The notes under the pieces are model-generated. The model was not told where the DNA came from, did no database searches, and saw nothing but the letters and a program-made list of their open reading frames with translations. Source: Stylophora pistillata (taxonomy: Eukaryota). Taken from it: 64,000 nucleotides of DNA. This document shows, in pieces, positions 1-12,600 of this stretch (the first letter of the stretch is position 1; each line of letters opens with the position of its first letter). The position numbers were made by a program, and so were the translations under genes. The stretch is from NCBI RefSeq assembly GCF_002571385.2, contig NW_019217808.1:320035-384034 (forward strand), in the 5' to 3' direction.

Positions 1-180
1 CTTCCAAGTATAGAGTAATAGAGATGAAAAAGTGAAACTCTTACACTGACTTTTTTTCCGCTGGCTTTGTTTCAAATAATGCGTGGGTTATAGTTTTGTT
101 CATAATGAAACAACTATTCACCTCAGTGCCGGTGGCTAGCGGTGGATATTTACCTCTCCGCTTCGCGGCTCGGTAAATAT

Positions 181-793
181 TAGCCTGCAGAACCGGCGTA
201 ATTTTTTGCGTCTTACTGGCGAACTGAGACAAGCGTCAGGCGAGCGTATAGCGCGAGTCGCGCGAGGGAAGGAGGGCGTGATCATGATTAGGTTACGACT
301 TACTGGTTACAAATTTTTGCAATTTCGAAAAATAATGTATATCGGATGCGCTGGGAATAGGCTTACCCACACTGTACAGCAATAACGTGTCCATATCTTC
401 GAATAAGGGAAGAAAAGCCATGAAACTGCTACATTAATAGCCAGTAGAACAGTAGGCTACGAGCCATCCCTCCTTTTCGGCGGAGTCCGTCGCGCGAGTC
501 TTAAAAAGTTAGCAAGAAAAGAAACAAATGGTGGCTGACACGCTAGCTACTTTATCGTGACCCTTTCTCCCAGGGTTACGCGCGGTGCGCTATAACATTT
601 CTTTTTCCACTGAGTCTTTTTTTACCCTCGCGACGGACTTTGCCGAAAAGGTGGCACTGCTCGCAGTGTAGTAGAATGGGTGTATTTTTTTTGCTATTGA
701 AGCGTTTGTGAAGGCGAGCGCGAGGTGTGTTCTTGTGTCCGCGGGTGAAAAAACGTAAAAAAAAAAAAACAAACATGTTTGTTCTGCAGGCTG
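181..793. mobile_element. Nested MITE-like elements: outer element with TAGCCTGCAGAAC / GTTCTGCAGGCT termini, containing an inner element at about 452-670
   Basis: Terminal inverted repeats at 181-193 and 781-792. The inner element has imperfect inverted ends (TAGGCTACGAGC...TTTTCGGCGGAGTCCGTCGCG vs CGCGACGGACTTTGCCGAAAAG...GCTCGCAGTGTA). No coding capacity. Confidence 0.55.
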
Positions 794-911
794 TCATTTT
801 CTTTACCTACGAGCGCGTGAAATTTAGCGCATTAGCGGTGCGTTCTGCTGTAGAGCAGAGTTACTCCCGCACAAGGGGTGGTAGCTAAGCCCAAAACAAC
901 ACCTGGCAAAA

Positions 912-919
912 TGACGTCA
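912..919 (+). promoter_or_regulatory. CRE-type palindrome TGACGTCA next to a candidate first exon of the epimerase gene
   Basis: Perfect TGACGTCA in a CpG-richer patch, followed by clustered splice-donor-like sites (GTAAGG at 986, GTAAGT near 1006). Confidence 0.3.
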
Positions 920-2932
920 CCAGTCGGCTGTCAGTCATTTGGCAGAGGACATTCGCCGCATTTGCCGAATTCGCACTCAGAGAAAGTAAGGTAACGGTAT
1001 TCGGGGTAAGTGGTTGTTTATCGCAATGCTAGATCTTCGCTTTGAAATACCATCCCTTTTCGAAGTTGAGTATTAGATGCTAGAAATCTGCAGCGTTTTC
1101 AAGGCAAGAATGAAAGGAAACTTACGTTATCAGTGAATACAGAAAGCGAGTTATAAAGATGAAAGCAATGAATTTTTTAATAGTTAAAGAGCGACAGCTC
1201 TTATTGACAATTAAGTTCAAAGGCCTTTGAAAACGCTAAGACGAGCCTTTTTGCAGGGAGGATGTCTCTAGATACATTTTGATTTTTGAATTTTTCTGTT
1301 CGCCTTGACAATAGCCATCGATAAAGAAGCGAAGTATTCAGGGTGAATAAAGCTTTCTTGTTTCTTTTGAGAAAGAGTTGTGTAGGAGGAAGGCATTAAC
1401 TGACTTTTTTAAATAATTATTCCCCACGACTTTTGGTCGGCGTAGCTTACGGTAAATTCAGGTGTACGACACTTCAGTTTGATGCCTATTTTCACTTTAT
1501 TTATACGATAAAATCTGCTCTGAAAGAAATAATTTCCTAAGAACATCGGACTTCGAAAGTATGATCATGTTCCAAAATTCTTATTTTACAAAGCAAGCCA
1601 GAGACAAAAGGTTATGTAACTTATGCTCATGTCTAGCTTAATTTACTCTTAAACGTTTTCGAAAACTCCAATGGTTGGCGATTTTTGTTTTCATTCATGT
1701 GAACGAGCGTCTCGTAAACAAATACGGCATAGTGGTTAAGGTAGCCTTGGAAGTTTCCAGACGGAATGATCATAGTAACGCGAAGAGTGTAGGAGGAGTT
1801 GTTGATAGGAGGTTAAGTCCTCGGTTTGCCTATTCCGATAGACAGTCGCAGACAGCTGCAAATATCTGTCCTGGACGAGGTCGTGGATGTTGCGCGCCGT
1901 GACTAGATGGACCTGGAACACGAGTCTGATATAAAAAATGGCTATAAAGCTTGTCCCTTGTCAAGGGCTATATTTTAATTTAATGCTTAGATATTATGCC
2001 GGCAAATTTATCTTAGTATGGCTCTCGGTATGCCTGCAATCATAGACAGTCGCAGACAGATGTAAAGACCTGTCTTCAGGGTGAAGATATTGTCCACTGT
2101 GAGTAGTGGTTTTAAAACTTAGGATGAACCTGGTGTTGAGCACGATTGGGAGTGATGAAAAAAAATAAGTCTGCTTTGAGAGGAAATCAGCTAGATGTTC
2201 TCTCGTCCTTGTTTCAGAAGTTGTTTTTTGTTTTTGTTTTTTTTTTCCCTTTCAAAACAGGAAGTTTTCGAGATTTTTAAGCTGCACACTCAAGGGATGA
2301 CTACATAGAAATCTGTGTTAGTTTAGCTTTTTTCTTCTTCCATTCCAAACACTTAAGACTCAGTGGAGTGACTCTTACTTCAGTAACACGTATTTGAACA
2401 CTTTGAATCAACAAAACATTCGCGTGTAATTAAATAAGCTTGAATGTTTAATGTATTTGACACATGGTTTTGACGCCGATAATCTTTCGAGACGTGTTTA
2501 CTCTTTGTGCTAATGTTACGTTTGAACAACAGAGAACTTAGGTTTCGATGACAGCTATTTGCCAAAAAACTTGTGGGAATATAGCAATGGCAGTTGTCGT
2601 GTTTTTATAATTGGCCGCTTCAAGCCGATTTTTTTTTTTATTCCCCAAGGTATCATTAAGAAAACCAAAAGATTTTTAAATAAATTACGGATGTTTGAAT
2701 GTACGTTCAAAAGAAACTTCGCGCCATACCCAGCACGAACTGTATTTTTCACAAGTATTTGACACTGTCAGATAGGTGAGATAAATTATACTCGAAAATC
2801 TGAGCTTAATGCTTTTGAGTGGCACCCCTTAAATATGGCATTACGCCGAGAATGTGCGCAAAATTTTTCAATCTGCTTTACTTAATAATTCAAAATAGTT
2901 TAAAATTATATTGTTGAATAAATCCCGAGACG

Positions 2933-2985
2933 CAACCTCATTTCCCACCCCCATGTAGGGGGAATAGTCCCTGAGAACGAGGTTG
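2933..2985. mobile_element. Ultra-short (53 bp) MITE
   Basis: Ends are CAACCTCATT and AACGAGGTTG. Flanks are a near-perfect 9-bp direct repeat, CCCGAGACG (2924-2932) and TCCGAGACG (2986-2994). Confidence 0.55.
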
Positions 2986-3619
2986 TCCGAGACGAAGTCT
3001 GAGCGCGATAACCAACTTAGTTCGTGCAAAATTGCGAAAAGTATCCGATGAGTCTCTAGGCTTAGTTTTAGGGCAGTTAGTTAAGTCATTGCGATTGGGT
3101 CCGAAATTCGCAAAAGTTTTACAGCTGTCATAGAATTTTTGGAAAACGTTGCAAAGGGTTTCAATTCTTCTTCTGGTGACAGTTTCGATAGCTGTCAGCT
3201 ATCATTCTCAAAATGAATGACATCGTCGTAAGTCGTTGCTTGTGCTGTCATTTTGAAAGGCACAGAGTTTGGCGTGCTTGAAAGTTACCACTGCACGCTT
3301 GAATCGAAAATAGAAACTGCAAACTGTTAAAAAAATTTTGGGCTATTTTTGAAGAAGCTGTAGTTCAGTGAGGAACTGTTTCTAGCAGTCACAAAGGGAC
3401 TGTTTCTTGTCGCAGATTTCTTTTAAAACCAAAGTCCAGTTTGCGAGCGCCAGTGCGTAATTTCTGCTTTCAATATTTTATTACCTGAGTTCAAACATAC
3501 ACGATTCGTGTTTTAATAATATGCATAACGAATTTCTCGATTCTGACTAGCCAAGAATAAAGCAGTTTCAGGAAATACGATGCAGAAATACGGAAATTTA
3601 GTGCAGAGAAATTATAATT

Positions 3620-4185
3620 CAGTGTAATTTGCGATACACAGAGATAAACTACATAGTTTGTGTTTTTGTATATTACCAAGGTACACGACCCTTTAGGCAC
3701 AAGAATTATTTTTAGTTTTTCTTCATTGTCACAACCTGGTAACAGTGAAATAAGGCTCTTCTGAAAAATCATCTGTGGCGTTTGAAGTAGTGCATTTCTT
3801 ATTTCGTCGGGCATTAAAAACGTTCATTTTCTTACTCATTGCACTGAATTGATGTTTGATGAATGGAAGGGGCGTGGTCATACTAACGGCTGGCTTGCTT
3901 GACACTAAGCAAGAAAAAGGGGTATTACAGTGTAATTTACGATACAGACATACTGTCAGCTACATAGTTTGTGTTTTTGTATGTTGCCAAGGTACACGAC
4001 CCTTTTGGCACAAGAATAATTTTTCATTTTTTCTTATATCGTTGCAATCTGGTAACAGTGAAGGCTCTTTCAGAATAGTAACTGTGGCGTTTGAAGTAGT
4101 GCATTTCTTGTCTCGTCGGGCATTAAAAACTCGTTCGTTTTTATACTTGGTGCTTGGCCGTACAAACGGCTGGCTTGCTTGACAC
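3620..4185. repeat. Diverged tandem duplication, two units of about 260-290 bp
   Basis: Units at about 3620-3905 and 3929-4185 share CAGTGTAATTT...CTACATAGTTTGTGTTTTTGTAT...CCAAGGTACACGACCCTTT...CTGTGGCGTTTGAAGTAGTGCATTTCTT...AACGGCTGGCTTGCTTGACAC. Confidence 0.85.
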
Positions 4186-4711
4186 CCGGCCGTGTTAATT
4201 GTAACACGACATTAGCATTTAATATGAATTTCGCACAAAATTTGTCCAGTCTGTAGAGTTAAAATATCAACGCGCAACAAGATTTTCATTGGTCAGCTCT
4301 GAGCAACTTGTTACTGACGCAGATGACGATCTAAACGAGGAAGCGTGTTCGAATACGGAATCAACCAACCAACCAATAAGTAAACTTCAGAAGCTCTCAG
4401 ACTTTCTCACATCAGTGACGTTGTGGTTGGATGTGTAACTAAGCTAATCCTGAGAATTTGCCGTTATTTCAAAACAGTATCCCCAAGCTGATAATTAAAA
4501 AAAATTCTCACTTCCTGTTTGTCTCGCATAGTGTCACAGTTTTAGAGGAAAATATGTGTGTTGATCCTTTAGAGTACTGTCAATTGCCTCTTTTTTTTTT
4601 TGCCTGAAAAATGAATGTCAGTACCTTCAAATACGCTAAAATGTTGTTGGACTTACGCTTGGATGATTTTCCCCTTGTTTTTAGATTTCGTTGCCAGTAT
4701 ACGGTAAGAAT

Positions 4712-6072
4712 ATGGAAACTAATGGATGCTACAATTTGCGAAAGCGGCGAGTGTTGGTAACGGGTGGCGCAGGCTACCTTGGATCAACAATGGTACCCAT
4801 CCTGCTCCAACGTGGTCATCACGTGGTTGTCTATGATAAGTTCATGTGGGGAGCTTTTCCCCTTTTGCCTCATGCAGCGAACCCAAATTTGGAGATTGTC
4901 AGAGGGGACATTCTGGACAGGAACCTCTTGGCGAGACACATGGAAGACTGTGACGTTATAATCCATCTCGCCGCCATTGTTGGATACCCTGCTTGTGAAA
5001 AATTTCACGATGAGGCCATCCAGGTAGGAGGACTGGAACGAGAAATTTTCCACCTGATTCAAATGTAATCTAGAGTTCCGTTGGCTTCTCTCATTTCGTT
5101 CAAAGATTGATTCAAAAATAAGAAAACTCGCGCTATTTCACCACTAATCAGATGCAAAACTAAAGGAAGACAAGATCAGACAAGGCTGAACAAGTCTAGG
5201 CTAGGGTAACTAGACTAGATTAGTTTTTCAATGGGACTGGATTGGACTAGGCTAGACTGGGCCAGGCCAGACTAGACGGGATTAGATTGGAGAAGTCTGA
5301 ACGAGGTTAGGCTAGGTTAAATTAAACTGCTTAGACGACCAGATTAAACTTGACTTTTTGCGATAATACCCTGACAACGACTGTGGCCATGTTCTCTGTG
5401 GCCATGTTCTTGTAGGTGAACGTAGAGGGTACAAGGAACATTGTAGAAAATCTAGCAGAAGATCAGCATTTAATCTATGCCTCCACTGGGTCATGCTACG
5501 GAGCTGTCCAGAATGGCGTTTGTGACGAAGAAACACTGATTTCCCCCCTAACTCTGTACGGAAGAACAAAAGCTGAAGGAGAGAAATTGGTGTTGGACGC
5601 CGGAGGAGTTGCGCTTCGCTTGGCCACTGTGTTCGGTGTGTCCCCCCGCTTACGGCTCGACCTTCTCGTGAACGATCTTACTGACAAGGCTCTAAGGCTC
5701 CAGCACTTCGATCTGTATCAGGGGGGCTTTCGCCGCACTTTCCTTCACGTGAAAGATGCTGCCAGAGCATTTGTGTTTGCGGCGGAAAACTATAAGGAAA
5801 TGGCAGGGCAGGCTTTCAACGTTGGAGACGAGAACATGAACTTGTCAAAGTCTGACGTGGCCTGCATCATCCAAGAGTGTGTACCAGGCTGCCTCATCAC
5901 GCAATCTAACAGTGGAGAGGACAAGGATAAAAGAGATTATGAAGTGTCTTACAAGAAGGTCCGATCTCTAGGTTACCCCGCTACGATATCAGTGGAAGAA
6001 GGTGTCAAGGAACTCGTGAAATTCTTACCATGTCTTAGTGAAGAAGAAATCGAAAAAGCGAGGAATATATAA
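4712..6072 (+). CDS. NAD-dependent epimerase/dehydratase (extended SDR), similar to bacterial GDP-heptose C4-dehydrogenase (Cj1427/WcaG-like); about 322 aa
   Basis: Exons 4712-5023 and 5416-6072 are joined by a phase-0 GT-AG intron. Motifs: Rossmann [17 protein letters not shown], catalytic YGRTK (YxxxK), [38 protein letters not shown]. An acceptor AG at 4683-4684 implies a further upstream exon. Confidence 0.9.
5165..5350. repeat. Degenerate pentamer microsatellite (CTAGA/CTAGG/CTGGG-like) in the epimerase intron
   Basis: Runs such as CTAGGCTAGG, CTAGACTAGATTAG and GACTAGGCTAGACTGGGCCAGGCCAGACTAGAC. Confidence 0.6.
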
Positions 6073-6524
6073 TGATAAAATCAAATGCTGAAAATAACCC
6101 CATCAAACTCCCTAGATGTGATTTGTAACTCTCATGTCAGTAATTAGTCTATTCCTTGTAAGTTAGTCTTAGGAACTGGGTATATTATCTCTGGGTGCTT
6201 ACTGGTAGCATGTAACAAACGCGATTAGAGTTTTCTCTTAACAGGAATTAAGGATTTTTTCAAACAAGGTCTTGATTTTTTAAACGTATTTATTTCACTC
6301 TAAGAAAAAATATTTACAAAACGAGATAGGTTACTGAATTTACGGTGAGCTTTTCACGATGAGGAGGTTGCTTTGAGCAGTTTAATTGCCCTGTAACTTA
6401 ATTTGTTTATAAGCCTAGTGACTTTGTTTTAGCACTCTCTTGACTGTTGGTACTGAGTACAAGCACGCTTGCATGATATTCTACAGGAGAACAGTCTGCG
6501 CGGGTCATTTCATAGTGAATATAT

Positions 6525-6840
6525 ATATATCTTATTAACCAAGCGCGAGGGCCGTACTGGGAGAATATCGGCCCGAGGTCTTGACAGTACGGACCGAGCG
6601 CAGCGAGGTCCGTACAAAAAAGACCGAGGGCCGATATTCTTCCAGTACGGTCCCGAGCAAGCTTGGTTAATAAGAGATTTATTATACGACTGAAGTTCAA
6701 AGGGACACAAGTGCGGTATCATTCGGGACCATTCGGGACAGTGCCCGGTCCAATACTTAGAGAATATTGGACCGGCAATAGAGCATTTTGATTGGTTGAT
6801 TTTAGTTATTGGCCCTCTGACTGCCCGAGTCGTGTAATAA
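6525..6840. mobile_element. Non-autonomous hairpin-type DNA element (family also at about 19552-20005 and 39818-39930)
   Basis: Imperfect palindrome of about 145 bp, CTTATTAACCAAGC...GTACGGACC-GAGCGCAGCGA-GGTCCGTAC...GCTTGGTTAATAAG, then a tail ending TGTAATAA. Near-identical copy at 39818-39930 and a diverged copy at 19552-20005. Confidence 0.75.
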
Positions 6841-8232
6841 AGCCTATTAGCGAAAATAAGTATGCGGTACATGTATCAAGCAGTATTCGGCTTAGTAGTG
6901 TCGAATCAAAATCTTGCTTCAACCCAATCAGTGACGGCCAACTGACCATCACTCGTACTCCAAGGAGTCTTGGGTCTCAGAAAGACTTGTGTTCTGTTCT
7001 ACAATGATGTTAGATGTTAGATAATTTTGTAATTTAGTTACTTAGACTTCAATTTGCTCTATGGGTAAAAGAAAAAAGCGCGGTTTGAAAACGCTAATTA
7101 ATCACGAACTCGATAATTCAACGCGGATCGCGCCTTAACGGCCTTTGGCTCTGTTTTTGTTGTCAACTGTTGGTCTACCTCTTATCTAGACGAAACCGTT
7201 AGATTTCAATTTAAGATTTTCGTTTTTAATTTCGCGCTCTCTCTCTTTTCTCTAACATTAAAATTTTCATAGGCTCAGGAAAAAGGAACCACTGACAATG
7301 CGTGGGAAAGCGAAACAGCTAGACAAGTAATGTTTCCCAGTGTTTTCCATGTTCTCCAATATTTAATTTGCAAATAATATCATAGTGATTTCTTTTCAGT
7401 TAAGACGCCTAGGTTACATAGTTGGTATTCTCACTGAGCAATTGAAAATAAACATAACTTGATGCATCGCAGAACAAGATGGTGATGGTGGTTCAGCGCG
7501 GTGAATTTTTTTTTTTTTCAATATTTGAGTTCCTTTTTGGTCGAGACCAACAACAGCTTTTGAAGTAAACTATGAATGAAGTTGACATTTACAAATTAAA
7601 CCAGTCATACCAGTCAGTCTAGTAGTCCATTCAACGCGTCTCCAGCAAACTTTTAAATATTTTACTTTGTGTTGGTTGACTTAACGTTGGTTTGTTATGA
7701 AAGCAATTTGATAGATATGTTCAGAGTATCTTTCATCTTGGCTAGTAGCGGCACAGTTTATTAAAAACTACCAAGTTATCTTTAACTCAAAGTCGAAAGC
7801 AATTAAAAGATGAAATAATAACTTGAAATGTGTATCTCGGTTGTAACACGGATTTTCTCAAACGTCGTTTACTTGTTTATGAGGATCGCACGCTTGTCCA
7901 TAATCCCAGTGGAAATGGACAAACTTTATTCAGTCTCCATATTTTCCCGAGCTTTTTTTAGGATTCACCATTAATATTCAAACTTCAGCTATCATTAATA
8001 CAAAGTTATTTTTCCCTAGTTACAGTTTCAAGTGCTATTTCAGTTGTCTGCTCGCGATCATATCATTTCTTGCTAAAAAAAATACCAAATAAACCCCTGA
8101 TCGTCTGGCGATGTACATATTCCTGGTTGTTGAGCTGACATCACGGGCAATGGAGTATATTTTCTGAATTTAGTACCGGAAAAACAAGAACTGGAAAGCC
8201 TCGTGGTTTGAAGAAGCATGGCCGGAAACTTA

Positions 8233-8298
8233 TCACAGCAACGACTAGAAGCTAGAATGTTATGCTCACAGCAACGAGTAGAAGCTAGAATGTTATGC
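8233..8298. repeat. 33-bp tandem duplication (2 copies)
   Basis: TCACAGCAACGA(C/G)TAGAAGCTAGAATGTTATGC x2 with one mismatch. Confidence 0.9.
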
Positions 8299-9639
8299 AA
8301 TCTTGACGAGGAATCATGTTTGTAAAAGATAAATCGAGAAACATTACACTTCTATAAAAAGGGAAGCTACTGCCGGATAATTAAAACTCGTCAAATTCAC
8401 TTGAGATATTTTGCTACACGAGAGATATTTGGCTAGTACACTCTTAAAATAAATACTGCACAGACTTCAATATCGCATGACCGGGAGCTTGCGTGACAAA
8501 CCAAAGGCCAGAAGTAAATTTTATTCACGAGAAGTGGTCTTTACGCTCACTGCAAAATAGTGCAACTGGCCTAATATCAAAATAATTCTTTGCGGGTAAG
8601 AATAAAAAAAATAATATAGGTGGGTTTTCAATGCAAGAAGTTATAATCGTTTCATTCCATGCTACTCTATTTCGGAAAATTGAGACGTGACAGACTGCAC
8701 GATGCTTCCATTCAAACCGGTTTTTCGTTACACGTGATTGGGTCGTGCTATATCACAACAACGTAAACGGTATGTAAGCTCGTAAAGCCATTGATCGATC
8801 GTAGTTGGAAAGATCTTTCACGGTGTATGGTTCGGCTCGCCCAGATACTGAAATATTCACCTGTATTGCAAAATGCTTTGTGGAGTGAATCGACTGAGGT
8901 TTGTACATAATATTTTAGTGTTACGGTTTCAAAATGCGAGAAAAAAAAAAAATTTTTTGACAAGCGAACTTTAATTTCATGAAGACCGATTGGGTGCTGT
9001 GTAAGCACTCTTGGGTGATGAGTAAGCACGTTTGAGTTGGAAGTTTGAAACCAACAGCTTTTTCTTTGCTTTGAGCTGCTGAATATTTTCTGGGATTACA
9101 ACTCTGCAAAACAAACTTAAAGCTAATTTCAGGTGGTTTTGTTTTACCGGTCTATCAGGCAGCCCGCCGGAATAAAATTTTTACCTTGTACTCGAGAACT
9201 AATTAGCTTAAACTTATTACTGTTACAAAATACAAGTTTTGTAGTACAGTGTGCAGTATAGCTGTGATCATGTTTACTCCGTGAAGATCTTCTTCCTTTC
9301 AGAAGTGATAAAAACACCGCTTACAAATCAACAAATACTTCGCACAGATAAAAGACCTTACGAGCGACCAGGCGTTTTATGACGAGGACAGACGAAAAAA
9401 ATTACTTGTTATTAAATTGTTTTTTCTGCCTGTGAAAAAAAGAAAAACAAAAAAAAAAAACGATCATACAGTCCAGATGATGAGGATTTGTTTTTTCGCA
9501 AGCCCGATGAGTTTATGAATAGAAGTTTGAGTTGGTTAGGTTGATGTTTGATCAAGTCAAATCATCTTGAAATTTAACAAGTGATTGACGAAAGTGTTTT
9601 ATTTTCAGTTTGAAGTTTATTAAAACCAGTGAAAAATTC

Positions 9640-12600
9640 ATGCGTGGAGGCGAGAATTGTGTTTCGTACGTCATAGTTTATGGAAATAAGTTTATTATTA
9701 AGATTATTTTGAACCATTGTGGAACTTTCAAAGTTATTAACCATATTTCAGCTTATAGCAACCTCTGTCTACTTGTTGAATAATGAAAAATATTCTCAAA
9801 ATCGATGTCTGTTTTATAATCCTTGAGAGAAAGAAAAATACAAAGAGTTGAAATCGTTGTTATTTCGTTTTGTTTATAGATTGAATAGCAAAGGTGAAGT
9901 TTGAAATTTTCTAGAAAACAATTGTGGTATAACATATTGCAATTACCTGTGGATTTCTACCAACACCTTCTTTGGTGTCTGCAATAAACAGTCCTTCATT
10001 AAACTCTGAAGAATCAAACTGTTTTGGTTTGTAATTTTAAAAGTTGAGTAAATTTTGTTAGACCAGATGTTCACACTATTGTGAAATCTGCCCTTTGCCC
10101 ACGCAGCCTGGTGAGAGGAATTCTGGCTTTGGTACCTGTTAGTAGAAAATGAATTAAACGAGCACCGGGACTCTATTGCTTTGAATCATTGTGAATATGT
10201 TATTTCCCAGTGAATATGAGATTTCCCAGTGAGTAGTTTGATTTACTGCTAGTCATAACTTTATTCAAAGGATGGACAATTTTTAATCTCAGTAGTGAAT
10301 ACAGCCAGTGAACAGCATTACTTTTTTTTATTTGCTTACAAACAGATTGGATTTACTTCATAGTGATGTGTGCAGCAAACCTGATTATGTAACAACTGAA
10401 AAATATTAGGCTTCAGCGACAGACTAAGGAATTGTAAGGGCAAAGGATAATATTTTTTTAACTGTGGATCAATTTACATGTAAAGCACTTGATCTGAAGT
10501 CCATATTTTTTATCTGAAATTCAAGGCAGGGTGCTATCATTGGCTACCAAGGATTGTGGGAAATTCTCTGGCCTATTTTTTGGCCTGTATGTGCGCTTTT
10601 TATTATCAAAATTCTCTCACAACCCACTTCCCATGGGAATGAACCCTATCAAAATCTTCAAACAACAGAGATTTATAACCTCTTAGGTAGAAGAGGACCA
10701 TGCTTCTGAAATTAGCTCATTTTGTTTCTTCATCCAGACAAAAATAAAAAAAATGTGAGTAAGTATACAGTTCCATGAACATTAAAACAGGCTTAAAATG
10801 AACTTGTCAACTTGTTGCAAAAACTGAACTTTGAAACAGTTTATTATCTCATTTCAGCTTGAAGAGATGTGCCCGGTACATTTTTATCAGGCATCTGTCA
10901 AGTGCTCAGACCAAGGCTGCCCTGAAACCATTTTACTTTGCAGTTCATCCTGATCTTTTTGGCCAGTATCCAATGCAGAGGGTAAGCAAAATTATTCAGT
11001 GACACTTAAGTCTTGAAGAACCTGTAATAAAACATCTCAAAATATTTGAAATGGTTGATGACCAAAGATTTCACTCAAAGGGGTCTCATATTAAGTACGT
11101 ATAAATGTTGTCATGGCAAGGATCACAGTGTGTGATTATTTTGTCTCATAATGACGCCCTTGGAGACCTGTGATTTCATGTGATGGCATAGTGATCTGTG
11201 GACTCAAGTTTAAGATCACAGCCTGACAATATTATAAATGCATGGACGAAAAGCTGTGATCTTATGCATCTGTGGCTTAATTCTAAGATTGTCAAATTTA
11301 AGGCTTTAACCCTTTTTCTACCAAGATCTGATTGTTACTTCTCCCCTCAAGCTATTTGACATATCTTTATAAATTAGTTGCAAGAATTTGGTGTAAGATT
11401 AAGGCAACAACTTCTACCTGAGTATTAAGTATTCTCATGTTTGCTGGAATATGTTTGTATATTATTGTTGTAAGGTTGTTGTGTAGGAAAGGCTGGGATT
11501 GTACACATCTGTGACTATTATAAGAACTTCAAATTAAGCTTAAACCTTTTTCTACCAAGATCTGATTGTAACATCTCTCCCCCCCACATCAAGTTTCTAG
11601 ACATTTCCTTGTAAGTTAGTAGGGAGAATTAGGAGTTAGATCAAGATAACTTGATTAAAGTACCATTTAGTTGTTGTCAAGAGAGATTTTCATACAAATT
11701 TTACTTTTTTGGTTTATTTGCAGTCAATAAATGAAGATTCATTGAAGAGGTTGAACTCATACTTGGAAGATCTGCAGAAGAAAAATCCTGTTAATCCTAC
11801 ACACTTGTTGTTTTATCTGAAAAATGATACAGCAACACCACCACTTGAAGAGGGTAAGGCATACTAAAACTTAAGGGGTTGTGATGATAATATAAAACAG
11901 CCTTATGTGTTACCGTATTAAAGTGTTTTTTCTATGATGAAATGTTATAATTTTTTATTTAAATTTTAGTCATAGGGCAGCTTATTTATAATAAGTAGGT
12001 CATCTATTGTTATATTTTGTGTTCTTTCTTTATATGCATATTACCTTTTAAATCGGGAAAGTGTTGAGAATTTGCCATTTTACTCAATGTACTTTCTTAT
12101 TCCATGTAAGGGCAGTTAAGAGTCCTTGTAGCTCAAGGGTATCCCAGAGTCAACTGGTGTTAAGATTGCCTATGAGAGGGTGTCATCCAAGTTGTGGTAC
12201 AAGTATCATCATAATTATACTAGCATGTTGGAATTGATAATTAACAATAAATTAATAATTGTTGAACATGCGGTTGTTAGGGCTGGATCTCTTCAAGACA
12301 GTAAGAGTTTCGCTTTTCTCACGTGATGTCCAGTTCACCATCAGCCATATTTTGAAGACCTGTGGTATGTTGGAGGATTTGGTCACCCTTCATCAAAACA
12401 GTGAAAAACCCAAGGTGTCAGTAGCACTGCCTTATGATGCACCACTTCACTGGCTTAATGTTTATAAACAGTTTAGTGACAGACAGAGCCCTGTGGACCT
12501 TGCTCAATTACAGCGAAACTCACGACTCTCTCTAAGGGACTTCCTGGACAAGAACATCAAAAATGCCAAGGGAAAACAAGAAAGTAGCCAATCTGTCTTA

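Noticed and set aside
4712-6072. Bacterial contamination as the source of the epimerase
   Set aside because: The gene has a canonical spliceosomal intron and an upstream acceptor, and it is flanked by the same repeat families found in neighbouring animal genes.
6407-6872. Overlapping 74-120 aa ORFs on both strands
   Set aside because: They fall in a palindromic non-autonomous repeat found three times in the window and show no protein motifs.
7273-7326. Exon-like segment with AG and GT boundaries between the epimerase and TCAIM
   Set aside because: No linked exons or recognisable protein similarity; cannot be supported without transcript data.
8233-8298. 33-bp direct repeats as a possible CRISPR array (likewise 44660-44709)
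   Set aside because: The units are adjacent with no spacers, there are no cas genes, and the context is eukaryotic.
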